From contig CAVUKB010000007.1 in NCBI GenBank assembly GCA_963741955.1, forward strand, positions 832,001 to 896,000: a stretch of 64,000 nt of DNA, written 5' to 3'. The notes beneath the pieces were generated by a model. It searched no databases, was not told the DNA's origin, and was given only the letters and a program-made list of their open reading frames with translations. Below are positions 8,828-17,047 of the stretch, one piece after another. Made by a program: the position numbers and the translations under genes. Every line of letters begins with the position of its first letter. Within the stretch, counting starts at the first letter, position 1. The DNA is from an uncultured Acidobacteriota bacterium (GTDB lineage Bacteria; Acidobacteriota; Thermoanaerobaculia; Gp7-AA8).

Positions 8828-10772
8828 CCGTTTTCCCGCAGACGGATCGCTGAGCCGATCCCTTTCCCCGAGAGTGCGGGCGCTCTTCGGAACGCTCGCG
8901 ATCCTTCTCGCGCTTGCAGCACCTGACGTGGCGGCATCTGCGGATACGGCCTGGATTCCATGGAGCGACGCCGCGATCGCGCACTCCGCGAAGAGCGGAA
9001 CCCGGCCGCTTCTGATTCTCATCGGTGACGGGAGCTGCATCGAATGCTCGCAGCTTCGAGGGATCGAGGTCGGTGAGGGAGAGCTCGGCCGGCTCTGGCT
9101 CGATGCGGACCTTCATCCCGAGCTCGCACGTGCGTATCTGGTCGCGGCGCGAGTTCTCGGGGCGTCCGGCCCCTCCGCGGTCGTCGTCGTGACTCCGGAC
9201 CTCGAACCGGTCGCGGCGACTTCGGACCTCCAGACTCTTCCGGAGTTTGTCTCCTCATTCTTCTCCCGCTGGAAAGCCGGCCCCACGACGGTCTCGGACC
9301 AGGCGGCACTCGCGATCCGACGCTATCGTCTGAACGGCGGAGCCCTTCCGTTTGAGGATCCGATGACCGCGCGCGGAGTGGCCGTCGAGGCGGAGGCCGC
9401 ACTCTGGGGCGAGGGACGCGAGAACGCCCTGACCGAGCTCCGGAGGCTCACCGCTTCCGCGGTGTACGACCAGCTGGGGGGAGGGTTCCACCGTGCCGCC
9501 AGAGATTCCGAGTGGCGCGTCCCGCGATTCGAGAAACGCCTCGCCGATCAGACCCTCCTGATCGAAACGTATCTCGACGCATCACGCATCACCGACGATC
9601 CGCTCTTCTCTCGCGTCGCCCGCGACTCCGCGGCATTCCTCGTGCGGGAAATGTCCGACGTACGGCGACCGCTCTTCTTCAACGCGCTCGGTCCGAAGAG
9701 CCTCGTCCCCCGCGGAGGACCGGAGATGCTCACCGGCGCGTATTACAGCTGGCAGATCTCGGAGATCACGGCGCTTCTGGGTGACGACGCCCGCCCGTTC
9801 ATCGCGTACTACGGAATGGCTCCCGAAGGGAATGTCCCTGCCGCGTACGACCCGGCCGGAGCGCTCGCGGGACGGAACGTTCTCTTCGTGAGCGGAGCGA
9901 CTTCCGAACCTCCGGCGCTCGACGAATCGAAACAGCACCTCCTCGCGGTCCGGATGCATCGGCCGCCTCCGACCGCAGACGGGAAGGCCGTGACCGAATA
10001 CGAGGCCGCGGCGATCTCCGCACTCGCGAGAAGCTCCATCGCGTTCGACAACGACGACTGGGGCCGTGTCGCGGTCGACGCGCTCCACGCCCTGGACGGA
10101 GTGAATCGCGATTCGAAGAGTCACGCCCTCTACCGCGAGCGCGCGGCGGGCGTCCCTGCGCTCCTCGCCGATTACGTCTATCTGGTTCAGGCGAATCTCG
10201 ACGTGTATGCCTTGACGTTCGATCCCTCGTTTCTGCATCGCGCGGTCGAGCTTCAGAAGGAGTGCGATGCTCTTTTTCTGGACCAGAGCTCGAAGGGCTA
10301 CGCCGCCGCGAAAGCGCTCCCGCCGCCGGTTTCCGGCCTCACCTCTCCCGATCCGATCATGCTCGGCGTCCTTGCGCGGGATCTCGGGAGAATCGGTGCA
10401 ATGACTGCGGATGCCGCGATGGTCGGCCGGGCCACCTCGATCTCCGCAGGAACGACTCTGCCTGCGCAACTGATCGTCGCCGGAGATCGCGGCGACGCGG
10501 CGGTGCGTGCGCTTCTCGAGGCGGCCCGGTCGGACATCCGAGGCAATCTCGAGATTCGCCTATTCGACCGGAAATCGGCCCGTGCGCTCGCAGCTCTGTT
10601 TCCATACGCCGGATTCGTCGCGGAATGTCCCGTCGCGTTCCGGATCGAGAAGTCGAACGGACGCCACGAGTGCAGCCCCTTCGCAACCTTGTGCGACATG
10701 GGGAAGTGCCGCACGCCGACGGCGGATCCCGCCATGATCGCCGCGTGGGTGTCGAAAGGAACATCGAAGTGA
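8820..10772 (+). CDS. YyaL/DUF255 (SPATA20)-like thioredoxin + (alpha/alpha)6-barrel protein, divergent, with probable signal peptide
   Basis: WIPWSD.AI..SAK..RPLLILIG..SCIEC, DAD.HPEL, YDQLGGGFHR..D..W.VP.FEK.L.DQ, GAYYSW, RPPP..D.K, LADY. Hydrophobic N-terminus ending AASA. Confidence 0.8.
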   Translation: MTDRFPADGSLSRSLSPRVRALFGTLAILLALAAPDVAASADTAWIPWSDAAIAHSAKSGTRPLLILIGDGSCIECSQLRGIEVGEGELGRLWLDADLHPELARAYLVAARVLGASGPSAVVVVTPDLEPVAATSDLQTLPEFVSSFFSRWKAGPTTVSDQAALAIRRYRLNGGALPFEDPMTARGVAVEAEAALWGEGRENALTELRRLTASAVYDQLGGGFHRAARDSEWRVPRFEKRLADQTLLIETYLDASRITDDPLFSRVARDSAAFLVREMSDVRRPLFFNALGPKSLVPRGGPEMLTGAYYSWQISEITALLGDDARPFIAYYGMAPEGNVPAAYDPAGALAGRNVLFVSGATSEPPALDESKQHLLAVRMHRPPPTADGKAVTEYEAAAISALARSSIAFDNDDWGRVAVDALHALDGVNRDSKSHALYRERAAGVPALLADYVYLVQANLDVYALTFDPSFLHRAVELQKECDALFLDQSSKGYAAAKALPPPVSGLTSPDPIMLGVLARDLGRIGAMTADAAMVGRATSISAGTTLPAQLIVAGDRGDAAVRALLEAARSDIRGNLEIRLFDRKSARALAALFPYAGFVAECPVAFRIEKSNGRHECSPFATLCDMGKCRTPTADPAMIAAWVSKGTSK

Positions 10773-11263
10773 GTGTCGGAAACCGCGATGCCGCTCACAC
10801 ACGACTCGGACCGGTGTCGAACGACGACACTCCGTTTCTCTTCGCGCTGTACGCTTCGACTCGCGAAGAGGAGCTGTCGGTCGTGCCGTGGACTCCGGAG
10901 CAGAAGAACGCGTTTCTCCGGATGCAGTTTCAGGCGCAGCAGACGTCATACGACGGGAACTACCCCGGAGCGAGTCGCGATCTCATACTGCTCGGCGAGG
11001 AGCCCATCGGCCGCCTCTACGTTCAGCGAACTCCCGACGAGATCCGGGTCATCGACATCGCGCTCCTACCGGCATGGCGCGGACGGGGGATAGGATCGAG
11101 ATACCTCCGGGATCTCTGCCGCGAGTCGGACGCGACGGGGATCCCTCTCGCCATTCACGTCGAGAAACAGAACCGAGCGTTGCAGCTTTACCAGCGCCTG
11201 GGGTTCGCGATCGCCGACGACCGAGGGGTCTACTGGTTCATGAAGCGGATGCCGGCCTCGTGA
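10769..11263 (+). CDS. GNAT family N-acetyltransferase
   Basis: GTG start overlaps the upstream stop (GTGA), with RBS AAGGA. FL..LYASTREEEL..W..EQK.AFL.MQF.AQ, IDIALLP.WRGRGIG, N.AL.LYQRLGF. Confidence 0.88.
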   Translation: MSVGNRDAAHTRLGPVSNDDTPFLFALYASTREEELSVVPWTPEQKNAFLRMQFQAQQTSYDGNYPGASRDLILLGEEPIGRLYVQRTPDEIRVIDIALLPAWRGRGIGSRYLRDLCRESDATGIPLAIHVEKQNRALQLYQRLGFAIADDRGVYWFMKRMPAS

Positions 11264-11342
11264 AACGCGGGCGCAGACTCCTGGGAAGGAGAGCGACGCG
11301 GAGGTGCTTTGTCCCGGCCGCATGATCGCCCGCTCAGGGCGA

Positions 11343-11642
11343 TCAGTTGAAAACCGCTTCGTAGCGGCTTCCGTCGGGCTCGGGCTGGACCGGAACGATG
11401 AACAGAGGCAGCTCTCCGAGCTTGTCGTGGCGCAATGAGTACGTTCCCTGGGCGAGTATCCGCTCGCGCTCGCCGCGGAAGATCAGGGAGAAGGGTGAGC
11501 GGGTCGATTCGCTCCTTCGAAATTGCGGCTGTTCGATCACCTCGACGAGCGTCAATTCGTAACGGTCCGATGGAACTTCGATGACGAAGTTCGAGCCGAC
11601 GTGCTCTCTGAAGTCGCTGGCCGTCGCCTGATCGAGATCCAC
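11343..11642 (-). CDS. DUF6916-like small protein
   Basis: LTLVEV..R.PFSLIFRG...LAQGTY.L.H..LG.L.LFIVPV...YEAVFN. RBS GAGGAGG before GTG. Confidence 0.8.
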   Translation of the reverse strand: MDLDQATASDFREHVGSNFVIEVPSDRYELTLVEVIEQPQFRRSESTRSPFSLIFRGERERILAQGTYSLRHDKLGELPLFIVPVQPEPDGSRYEAVFN

Positions 11643-11737
11643 GTAGCGTCCCCTCCTCGAACCACGTTGTCCATGGTTCGCGATTGATCAACATCCGCGT
11701 GCGGCCCCTCGTTAGAAGTGCGGCTCGCGTGGCGTGC

Positions 11738-12265
11738 TCACTCTCCCGGCAGCGCCTGCGTCTGGGCGCGGCCTCGATTCCTCGGTTGCGGCATCCAGAC
11801 CGACCAGAGCGCGGCGGTCGAATACGCGAGATCGCGCCGGATGCCGGTGACCATCAGCGCCTCGTCCGGACAGAGCTGGACCAATGCCTCGCCGAGTGTT
11901 CTCGTGTCCGTCGGATCGTCCGTCTCGACGATGAACGTCGATTCGAACGGCAGCTCCCACACCCGGCCGAGACGCTCGATCCCTTCGTGAAGCTCGCGGT
12001 AGTCTGCGCCCGGCGTCAGACTGTGGCGGATCAGCAGAAGCTCGCGGTGTCGCGAGTATTGAGCGCGTGCGACGAGAAGCCGCGCATTCCCTCCGATCAG
12101 CATCCGCAGATACCGTGCGATTGCGCCGGCGGATCGTGTCGCCGGCAGCCGGACTTCCCAGCTCTGGTCGAAATTCGGTTCGGCCCGGAGACGTCGCAGC
12201 GCCGCGCAGACCTCGACCGTCAGATCACCTTCGTAGCAGATCTGGAACAGTGCTTCTCCACCCAT
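11738..12265 (-). CDS. Hypothetical protein, apparently two tandem small ferredoxin-like (SinR-family/Cas2-like) domains
   Basis: RBS GGAGG before ATG 12265. The two halves share a beta-helix-(W/F)..S(W/T)-helix-L(L/M)V pattern. Confidence 0.5.
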   Translation of the reverse strand: MGGEALFQICYEGDLTVEVCAALRRLRAEPNFDQSWEVRLPATRSAGAIARYLRMLIGGNARLLVARAQYSRHRELLLIRHSLTPGADYRELHEGIERLGRVWELPFESTFIVETDDPTDTRTLGEALVQLCPDEALMVTGIRRDLAYSTAALWSVWMPQPRNRGRAQTQALPGE

Positions 12266-12362
12266 CACACCCTCCCATTCAGATTGTCCGAACGCTGGAG
12301 TCGACGGAAAGTGTAGCAGAGTCGGTAGGATCACTTCAAAGAGGAAGAAATGCGGGCTAGAA

Positions 12363-12582
12363 CCAATGGCCCGAACTTAAGCAAAACCCGCGTGTCAGCC
12401 GGGAGTCTGCGCGAGCTTGCTGAGCAGCGAAGGATCCTCTCTCCGAGGGGCGCCACGGCTCCCGCCGCGGCCGCGCAGATCGCCTTCAGAACGGAACGAG
12501 ACGAAACCTGCGGCAGATGCGCAGTAACTCCGCACATCGGCTCTGTGAACACCCACCGTGCCACTGAAGTTCGGGCCATTGG
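12363..12582. mobile_element. Family A MITE-like structured repeat, copy A1 (complete, with TIRs)
   Basis: Perfect 16-bp TIR CCAATGGCCCGAACTT (12363-12378) / AAGTTCGGGCCATTGG (12567-12582). The interior is shared with 35921-36095 and 54355-54540. Confidence 0.8.
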
Positions 12583-12661
12583 GACCAGAACCCGTCTCGC
12601 GCGGCTGCTTCGATCGAACACTTCCCGCAGCCTGCACCTCGGATCACATATCATCGCCGGA

Positions 12662-13261
12662 ATGAAACGATACGACCGCGCCTACTTCGACCGCTGGTAC
12701 CGCGATCCGGAAACGAGCGTCATCGACGACGATGCGGTCCGCCGGCGTGCCACGATGGTGCTGGCCGTCGCTGAACATCTCCTCCGCCGCCCGGTGCGCT
12801 CCCTTCTCGACATCGGATGCGGGGAGGGAAACTGGGAACCGCATCTGCGCCGGATCCAGCCGGGAATCCGCTATCTGGGGATCGACTCGAGCCGTTACGC
12901 GATCCGGCGCTTCGGTCGCGAGCGGAACCTGAGACTCGGCTCCTTCGCCGATGCATCGACCCGGATCGGAGCTGCGCGGTTCGACGTCCTCGTCTGCTCG
13001 GACGTCCTTCACTATCTGACCGCCCGCGAGATCGATCGCGGTCTCCCTCCTCTGGTGGATCGAGTCGACGGAATCGCTTATCTGTCGGCCTACACCTCCG
13101 ACGACGACACCAGTGGTGATCTCGAAGGCGGCTATCGACGTCCTGCATCCTGGTACCGGGATCGATTCCGGAGGGTCGGTCTCACCGAGCTCGGTTTGCA
13201 GTGCTGGGCCGGTCCTCTGATGCAGGAGAGCGGAGCCGCGCTCGAATACTCCCCGGAGTGA
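12662..13261 (+). CDS. Class I SAM-dependent methyltransferase
   Basis: LLDIGCGEG, YLGIDSS, FDVLVCSDVLHYL. The longer ORF from 12350 runs through repeat A1. Confidence 0.85.
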   Translation: MKRYDRAYFDRWYRDPETSVIDDDAVRRRATMVLAVAEHLLRRPVRSLLDIGCGEGNWEPHLRRIQPGIRYLGIDSSRYAIRRFGRERNLRLGSFADASTRIGAARFDVLVCSDVLHYLTAREIDRGLPPLVDRVDGIAYLSAYTSDDDTSGDLEGGYRRPASWYRDRFRRVGLTELGLQCWAGPLMQESGAALEYSPE

Positions 13262-13388
13262 GGGGTGCTCTGCCGATCGCCGATCGGAGCCCGTGCGCGA
13301 GTCACCGCGCGCGGTGACGGTTGCCGTGGTCTCGATTCACGTCGCCCGATAAGATCCCTCTTCGAGATTCGAAACGGAGGATTGGCAT

Positions 13389-13814
13389 ATGGGTCAGGTG
13401 ATGACCGCGGAGCAGGTGGAGAACCGGATCGGGCTGGAGATGTTCGCGCGTCTCGGCTGCTATGCGGAGGGGAAAGTCTACGTCGTCCCGATCACGTATG
13501 CGTACGAGAACGGCGTCATCTACAGCATCGGGGGGGAAGGAATGAAGATGCGGATGATGCGAAAGAATCCGGAAGTCTGCCTCGAGATCGAGCATCTGGA
13601 AGGGCCGGAGGATTGGGAGACCGTGATCGCATGGGGTCGATTCGAGGAGCTTACCGGCGACGACGCCCGGCACGGACTCGAGCTCTTCATCAGGCGGGTC
13701 ACTCCTCCCGGCGCGGAAGCGAAGAAAGAACAACCGGCGGGTCCCCCGCCGCTGGTTTACCGGATCATCCTCGGCGAGAAGACGGGACGGTACGAGAGCG
13801 CATCGACAGTCTGA
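13389..13814 (+). CDS. Pyridoxamine 5'-phosphate oxidase/NimA-like flavin-binding protein
   Basis: ARLGC..YVVPITYAY..G.K..MMRKNPEVCLEI..WETVIAWGRFEEL. Confidence 0.85.
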   Translation: MGQVMTAEQVENRIGLEMFARLGCYAEGKVYVVPITYAYENGVIYSIGGEGMKMRMMRKNPEVCLEIEHLEGPEDWETVIAWGRFEELTGDDARHGLELFIRRVTPPGAEAKKEQPAGPPPLVYRIILGEKTGRYESASTV

Positions 13815-13822
13815 GATCTGAC

Positions 13823-14377
13823 TCACGCCATCAGATGTTCGATCAGGGTATGCACCCCGATCCCGATCAACACGAGGCCGCCGAGGATCTCGATCCCTGA
13901 GCCGAAACGCTCGCCGAACCGGCGGCCTGCCCACGCTCCACCGAGCGACAGAACGAACGTCACAGCTCCGATCACCAGCGCGGAGAGGAACAGCGGGAGG
14001 TGGAGAGTCGGGAGGGTGACTCCGACCGCGAGAGCGTCGATGCTGGTTGCGACGCCGAGGACGAGCAGGGTGTGAATTCCGAGATCGCCTTTCGACAGGG
14101 CGTGCTCGTGTTCGACGGAAAGCGCCTCGTGAATCATCTTGCCCCCGACGACCGCAAGAAGGACGAACGCGACCCAGTGATCCCACGCTTCGGTCCATCG
14201 TGTGAGACCGGCTCCCCCCACCCCTCCGGCGAGCGACATTCCGAACTGAAAGACCCCGAACGTGGAAGCCAACGCGATCAGAATGCCGGGGCGTGCCCTC
14301 CGCAGGGCCATGCTTGCGGAAACGGCAGTCGCATCCATGGCGACGGCAAAAGCGATCAGGAAGAGTGTGGGAAGCAT
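13823..14377 (-). CDS. mntP: Manganese efflux pump MntP
   Basis: AVAMDATAVS, FGVFQ.GM, WDHWVAF.LL..VGGKMI, ATSIDALAVG, EILGGLVLIGIG. Confidence 0.9.
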   Translation of the reverse strand: MLPTLFLIAFAVAMDATAVSASMALRRARPGILIALASTFGVFQFGMSLAGGVGGAGLTRWTEAWDHWVAFVLLAVVGGKMIHEALSVEHEHALSKGDLGIHTLLVLGVATSIDALAVGVTLPTLHLPLFLSALVIGAVTFVLSLGGAWAGRRFGERFGSGIEILGGLVLIGIGVHTLIEHLMA

Positions 14378-14651
14378 GGCCGGCGTCGAGGCCGGGTCAT
14401 TATAGCGAGTCGCGATCGGGCACCGCACCTCGCTTCGGCAGACGGACCATTGACGCCTCTTTCGCGGAGATCGCATCGGTGTACTCCCCGAGTACATCGG
14501 AGGATTCCCTCTCGACGGAGAATCATTTCGGATATCAGATTCGAGAGAGCGTTTCACCCTTGCCGAATTCGCGCGGCACCTGGCTCAGGTTGGTCGCTGA
14601 TTTGCTTACGAGCAGATCAGTAGTCCTCGTCCGCCGACTCGAAGGAAGCTG

Positions 14652-16652
14652 ATGACACACGAGCTGATAGTCGAAGGTGCCGCCGGAGGGCTGACCCCGT
14701 CCAGGGCGCCGGACCTTCTCGATGCGGTGCTCGAGAACACGACCGATCCGACGATCATCGTCGATGGAGAAGGGGTCGTTCTCCGTTTCAATTCCGCGGC
14801 GGTTCAGTGGTCCGGCCGGAGCCTCGGCGCGGCGATCCGTGTGGGGAGAAAGCTGGAGGGTATCGTTGGCGGCCCCCCCCAGGCTTCCGTCTGGACGGAC
14901 CTTTTCGCACGCGCGAAGCGCGGTGCGGTGGTTTTTGCCGAGACCACTCAGGGCATTTCGGGAGAGATCCGCCAATACAGTCTCGCGACGAGGCCTGCGC
15001 CTCCTGGTGTGGTCTTCACGCTTCGCGACATCTCCGATTATCGACGGGCGGAGAGTCACGAGTTTTTCCAGCTCGCTCTCGGCCGGATTTTCGCGCAGAA
15101 CCTTCCGGTGGTGGAAACGCTCGAGCTGGTGCTGGAGGCCTTCTGTGAGTCGATCGGATGGGATTTCGGCGTGGCATGGCTCGTCGATTCCGAGAACCGT
15201 ATTCTGCGTGCGGAGACGGAGTGGTTCGCGCCTGGATTCGTACGGAGCGTCGCGCCGCGGCCGTGGCCGGAATTCGCACTCGGCCATGGTATTCCGGGAA
15301 GAGTCTGGGCGACGCGGGAGAGCATCTGGTATCCCGATCTGCTCGACGAGACGCGGGCGGACCGCTTCTTCCTCTCGTCGCATCTCGGGCTGCGCGCAAC
15401 CGTCGCCTTTCCTCTTCTCGGAACCGAGTCGGTTCTCGGCGTGCTGGAGTTCTTCAGCCGGCGCGTGACACCGGTGGGAAGCCATCTGACGGTCGCACTC
15501 GAGGAAGTCGGGTCGGAGATCGGCCATTACCTGGAGCGAAAAAAGGCGGAGTCGGAACGAACCAAGCTCAATGCGGCTCTCGAACGAAGCACATCCGAGT
15601 GGCAACAGACCTTCGACGCGATCAACTCGCCGATCCTGATCACCGACCGGGAAGGGGTCATCGTTCGCCTCAACAACGCCGCACGGGATCTGGGACGCAT
15701 CGACTCTCCCGACCAGACTCTCGTGGGACGGCACGTCGCGGAGGTCGGCTCCTGTCCGCTCTGGCGGAGCATCGGAGAAGTGATCCGTTCGGTGTCGGAT
15801 TCCGAGCAGGCGGTCAGTCTGAATCAGGGCGACGAGAGCGAGGGGAAGATCTGGGACATCGACGGGAGCTTCAGCCCCGGGCTTGATGATGGCAACGACC
15901 GGGTGATCGTGATTCTGCGGGACCTCACCACCGTGGTACAGCTCCAGGATTCGGTGCGGAAAGGCGAGCAGCTCTGGGCGATGGGAGAGCTTGTGGCAGG
16001 GGTCGCCCACGAAGTCCGCAACCCGCTCTTCGGCATCTCGGCGACACTCGATGCGTTGGAAGTCTCCGTTCCGGTGAAGGACCAGTCGCGGGAGCTGTTC
16101 GACGCCCTCCGTCAATGGATCGACAGGCTCAACGATCTGATGGAGAACCTTCTGGAGTACGGAAAGACGTGGTCGATGAACCTTGCGCGAGGAACTCTCG
16201 ATCCGGTGGTCGACCAGGCGATGGAGCTCTGTGAGCCGCTCGCGAGATCACATTCCATCACGTTCTCGGGCGGTGGTACCTTCGACGGCGAGCTCATTCT
16301 GATCGATCCGGTCCGGCTGGTTCAGGTCTTCCAGAATCTGATCACCAACGCCATTCAGCATTCTCCGGAGGGGACCCGGGTCGACATCGAACGGAGGGTC
16401 TCCCGCGATCGCGATCGGACGTGGCTGGTCTGCGAGGTTCTCGATCGTGGAAACGGTTTCCGGGAGGAGGACCTCAGCCGGATCTTCCAACCCTTCTTCA
16501 CCCGACGCCGTGGTGGTACCGGCCTCGGTCTATCCATCGTCCAGCGAATCGTCGAGGAGCACGGAGGCGTGCTTCATGCGTCGAATCGCGAAGGTGGAGG
16601 CGCGTCATTACGTGTCGCGTTTCCTTCCATGCGCAAAGGCGGCTCATCATGA
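14652..16652 (+). CDS. Cytoplasmic PAS-GAF-PAS sensor histidine kinase
   Basis: H-box VAHEVRNPL, N-box QVFQNLITNA, D.G.GF, IFQPFFT, GGTGLGL. GAF motif GIPGRVW. No TM segment. Confidence 0.92.
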   Translation: MTHELIVEGAAGGLTPSRAPDLLDAVLENTTDPTIIVDGEGVVLRFNSAAVQWSGRSLGAAIRVGRKLEGIVGGPPQASVWTDLFARAKRGAVVFAETTQGISGEIRQYSLATRPAPPGVVFTLRDISDYRRAESHEFFQLALGRIFAQNLPVVETLELVLEAFCESIGWDFGVAWLVDSENRILRAETEWFAPGFVRSVAPRPWPEFALGHGIPGRVWATRESIWYPDLLDETRADRFFLSSHLGLRATVAFPLLGTESVLGVLEFFSRRVTPVGSHLTVALEEVGSEIGHYLERKKAESERTKLNAALERSTSEWQQTFDAINSPILITDREGVIVRLNNAARDLGRIDSPDQTLVGRHVAEVGSCPLWRSIGEVIRSVSDSEQAVSLNQGDESEGKIWDIDGSFSPGLDDGNDRVIVILRDLTTVVQLQDSVRKGEQLWAMGELVAGVAHEVRNPLFGISATLDALEVSVPVKDQSRELFDALRQWIDRLNDLMENLLEYGKTWSMNLARGTLDPVVDQAMELCEPLARSHSITFSGGGTFDGELILIDPVRLVQVFQNLITNAIQHSPEGTRVDIERRVSRDRDRTWLVCEVLDRGNGFREEDLSRIFQPFFTRRRGGTGLGLSIVQRIVEEHGGVLHASNREGGGASLRVAFPSMRKGGSS

Positions 16653-17047
16653 TCGAACAGCGCGCTATGAACGACAACCGGAGAATCCTGATCGTGGACG
16701 ACGAGGCACTGATCGCTCTCGCGATGCGACGCTACTTCGAGGTTCTTGGATACGACGTCGATTGTGCCCAGGAGCTCGAAGAAGCCCAGGCTCTTCTCGC
16801 CAATTACACCTACGATCTGGTCATCGCCGACCTGCGGCTGACCGGCATCGGGGGAGTGGAGGGCCTCCAGATCGTTTCGGATATTCATCAGAAATGTCCG
16901 TCCACACGGGTGATACTGCTGACCGCATACGGGACTCCGGAGATCGAGAAGGAATCGTACAACCGTGGAGCCGATGCTTTTCTGCACAAACCGGCAGCGA
17001 TGATGGAGATTGCGAACATCGCCACCGAACTGATGGGGAGGACGTGA
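16649..17047 (+). CDS. Single-domain response regulator
   Basis: RILIVDDE, IADL, LLTA, FLHKP. ATGA overlap with the kinase (alternative start 16667). Confidence 0.9.
   Translation: MIEQRAMNDNRRILIVDDEALIALAMRRYFEVLGYDVDCAQELEEAQALLANYTYDLVIADLRLTGIGGVEGLQIVSDIHQKCPSTRVILLTAYGTPEIEKESYNRGADAFLHKPAAMMEIANIATELMGRT

Noticed and set aside
10262-10768. 333-aa ORF read as a large GNAT fusion or a frameshift with the YyaL-like gene
   Set aside because: A GTG at 10769 with an RBS and a GTGA overlap explains the GNAT as a separate coupled gene.
11738-12600. CRISPR-Cas locus suggested by a Cas2-like protein next to a repeat
   Set aside because: There is no repeat-spacer array and no other cas gene. 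The repeat is a dispersed ~220-bp element.
12350-12661. N-terminal extensions of ORFs 12350..13261, 35417..36106 and 54383..55984
   Set aside because: They are translations of repeat family A. Family-typical starts lie at 12662, 35842 and 54656.
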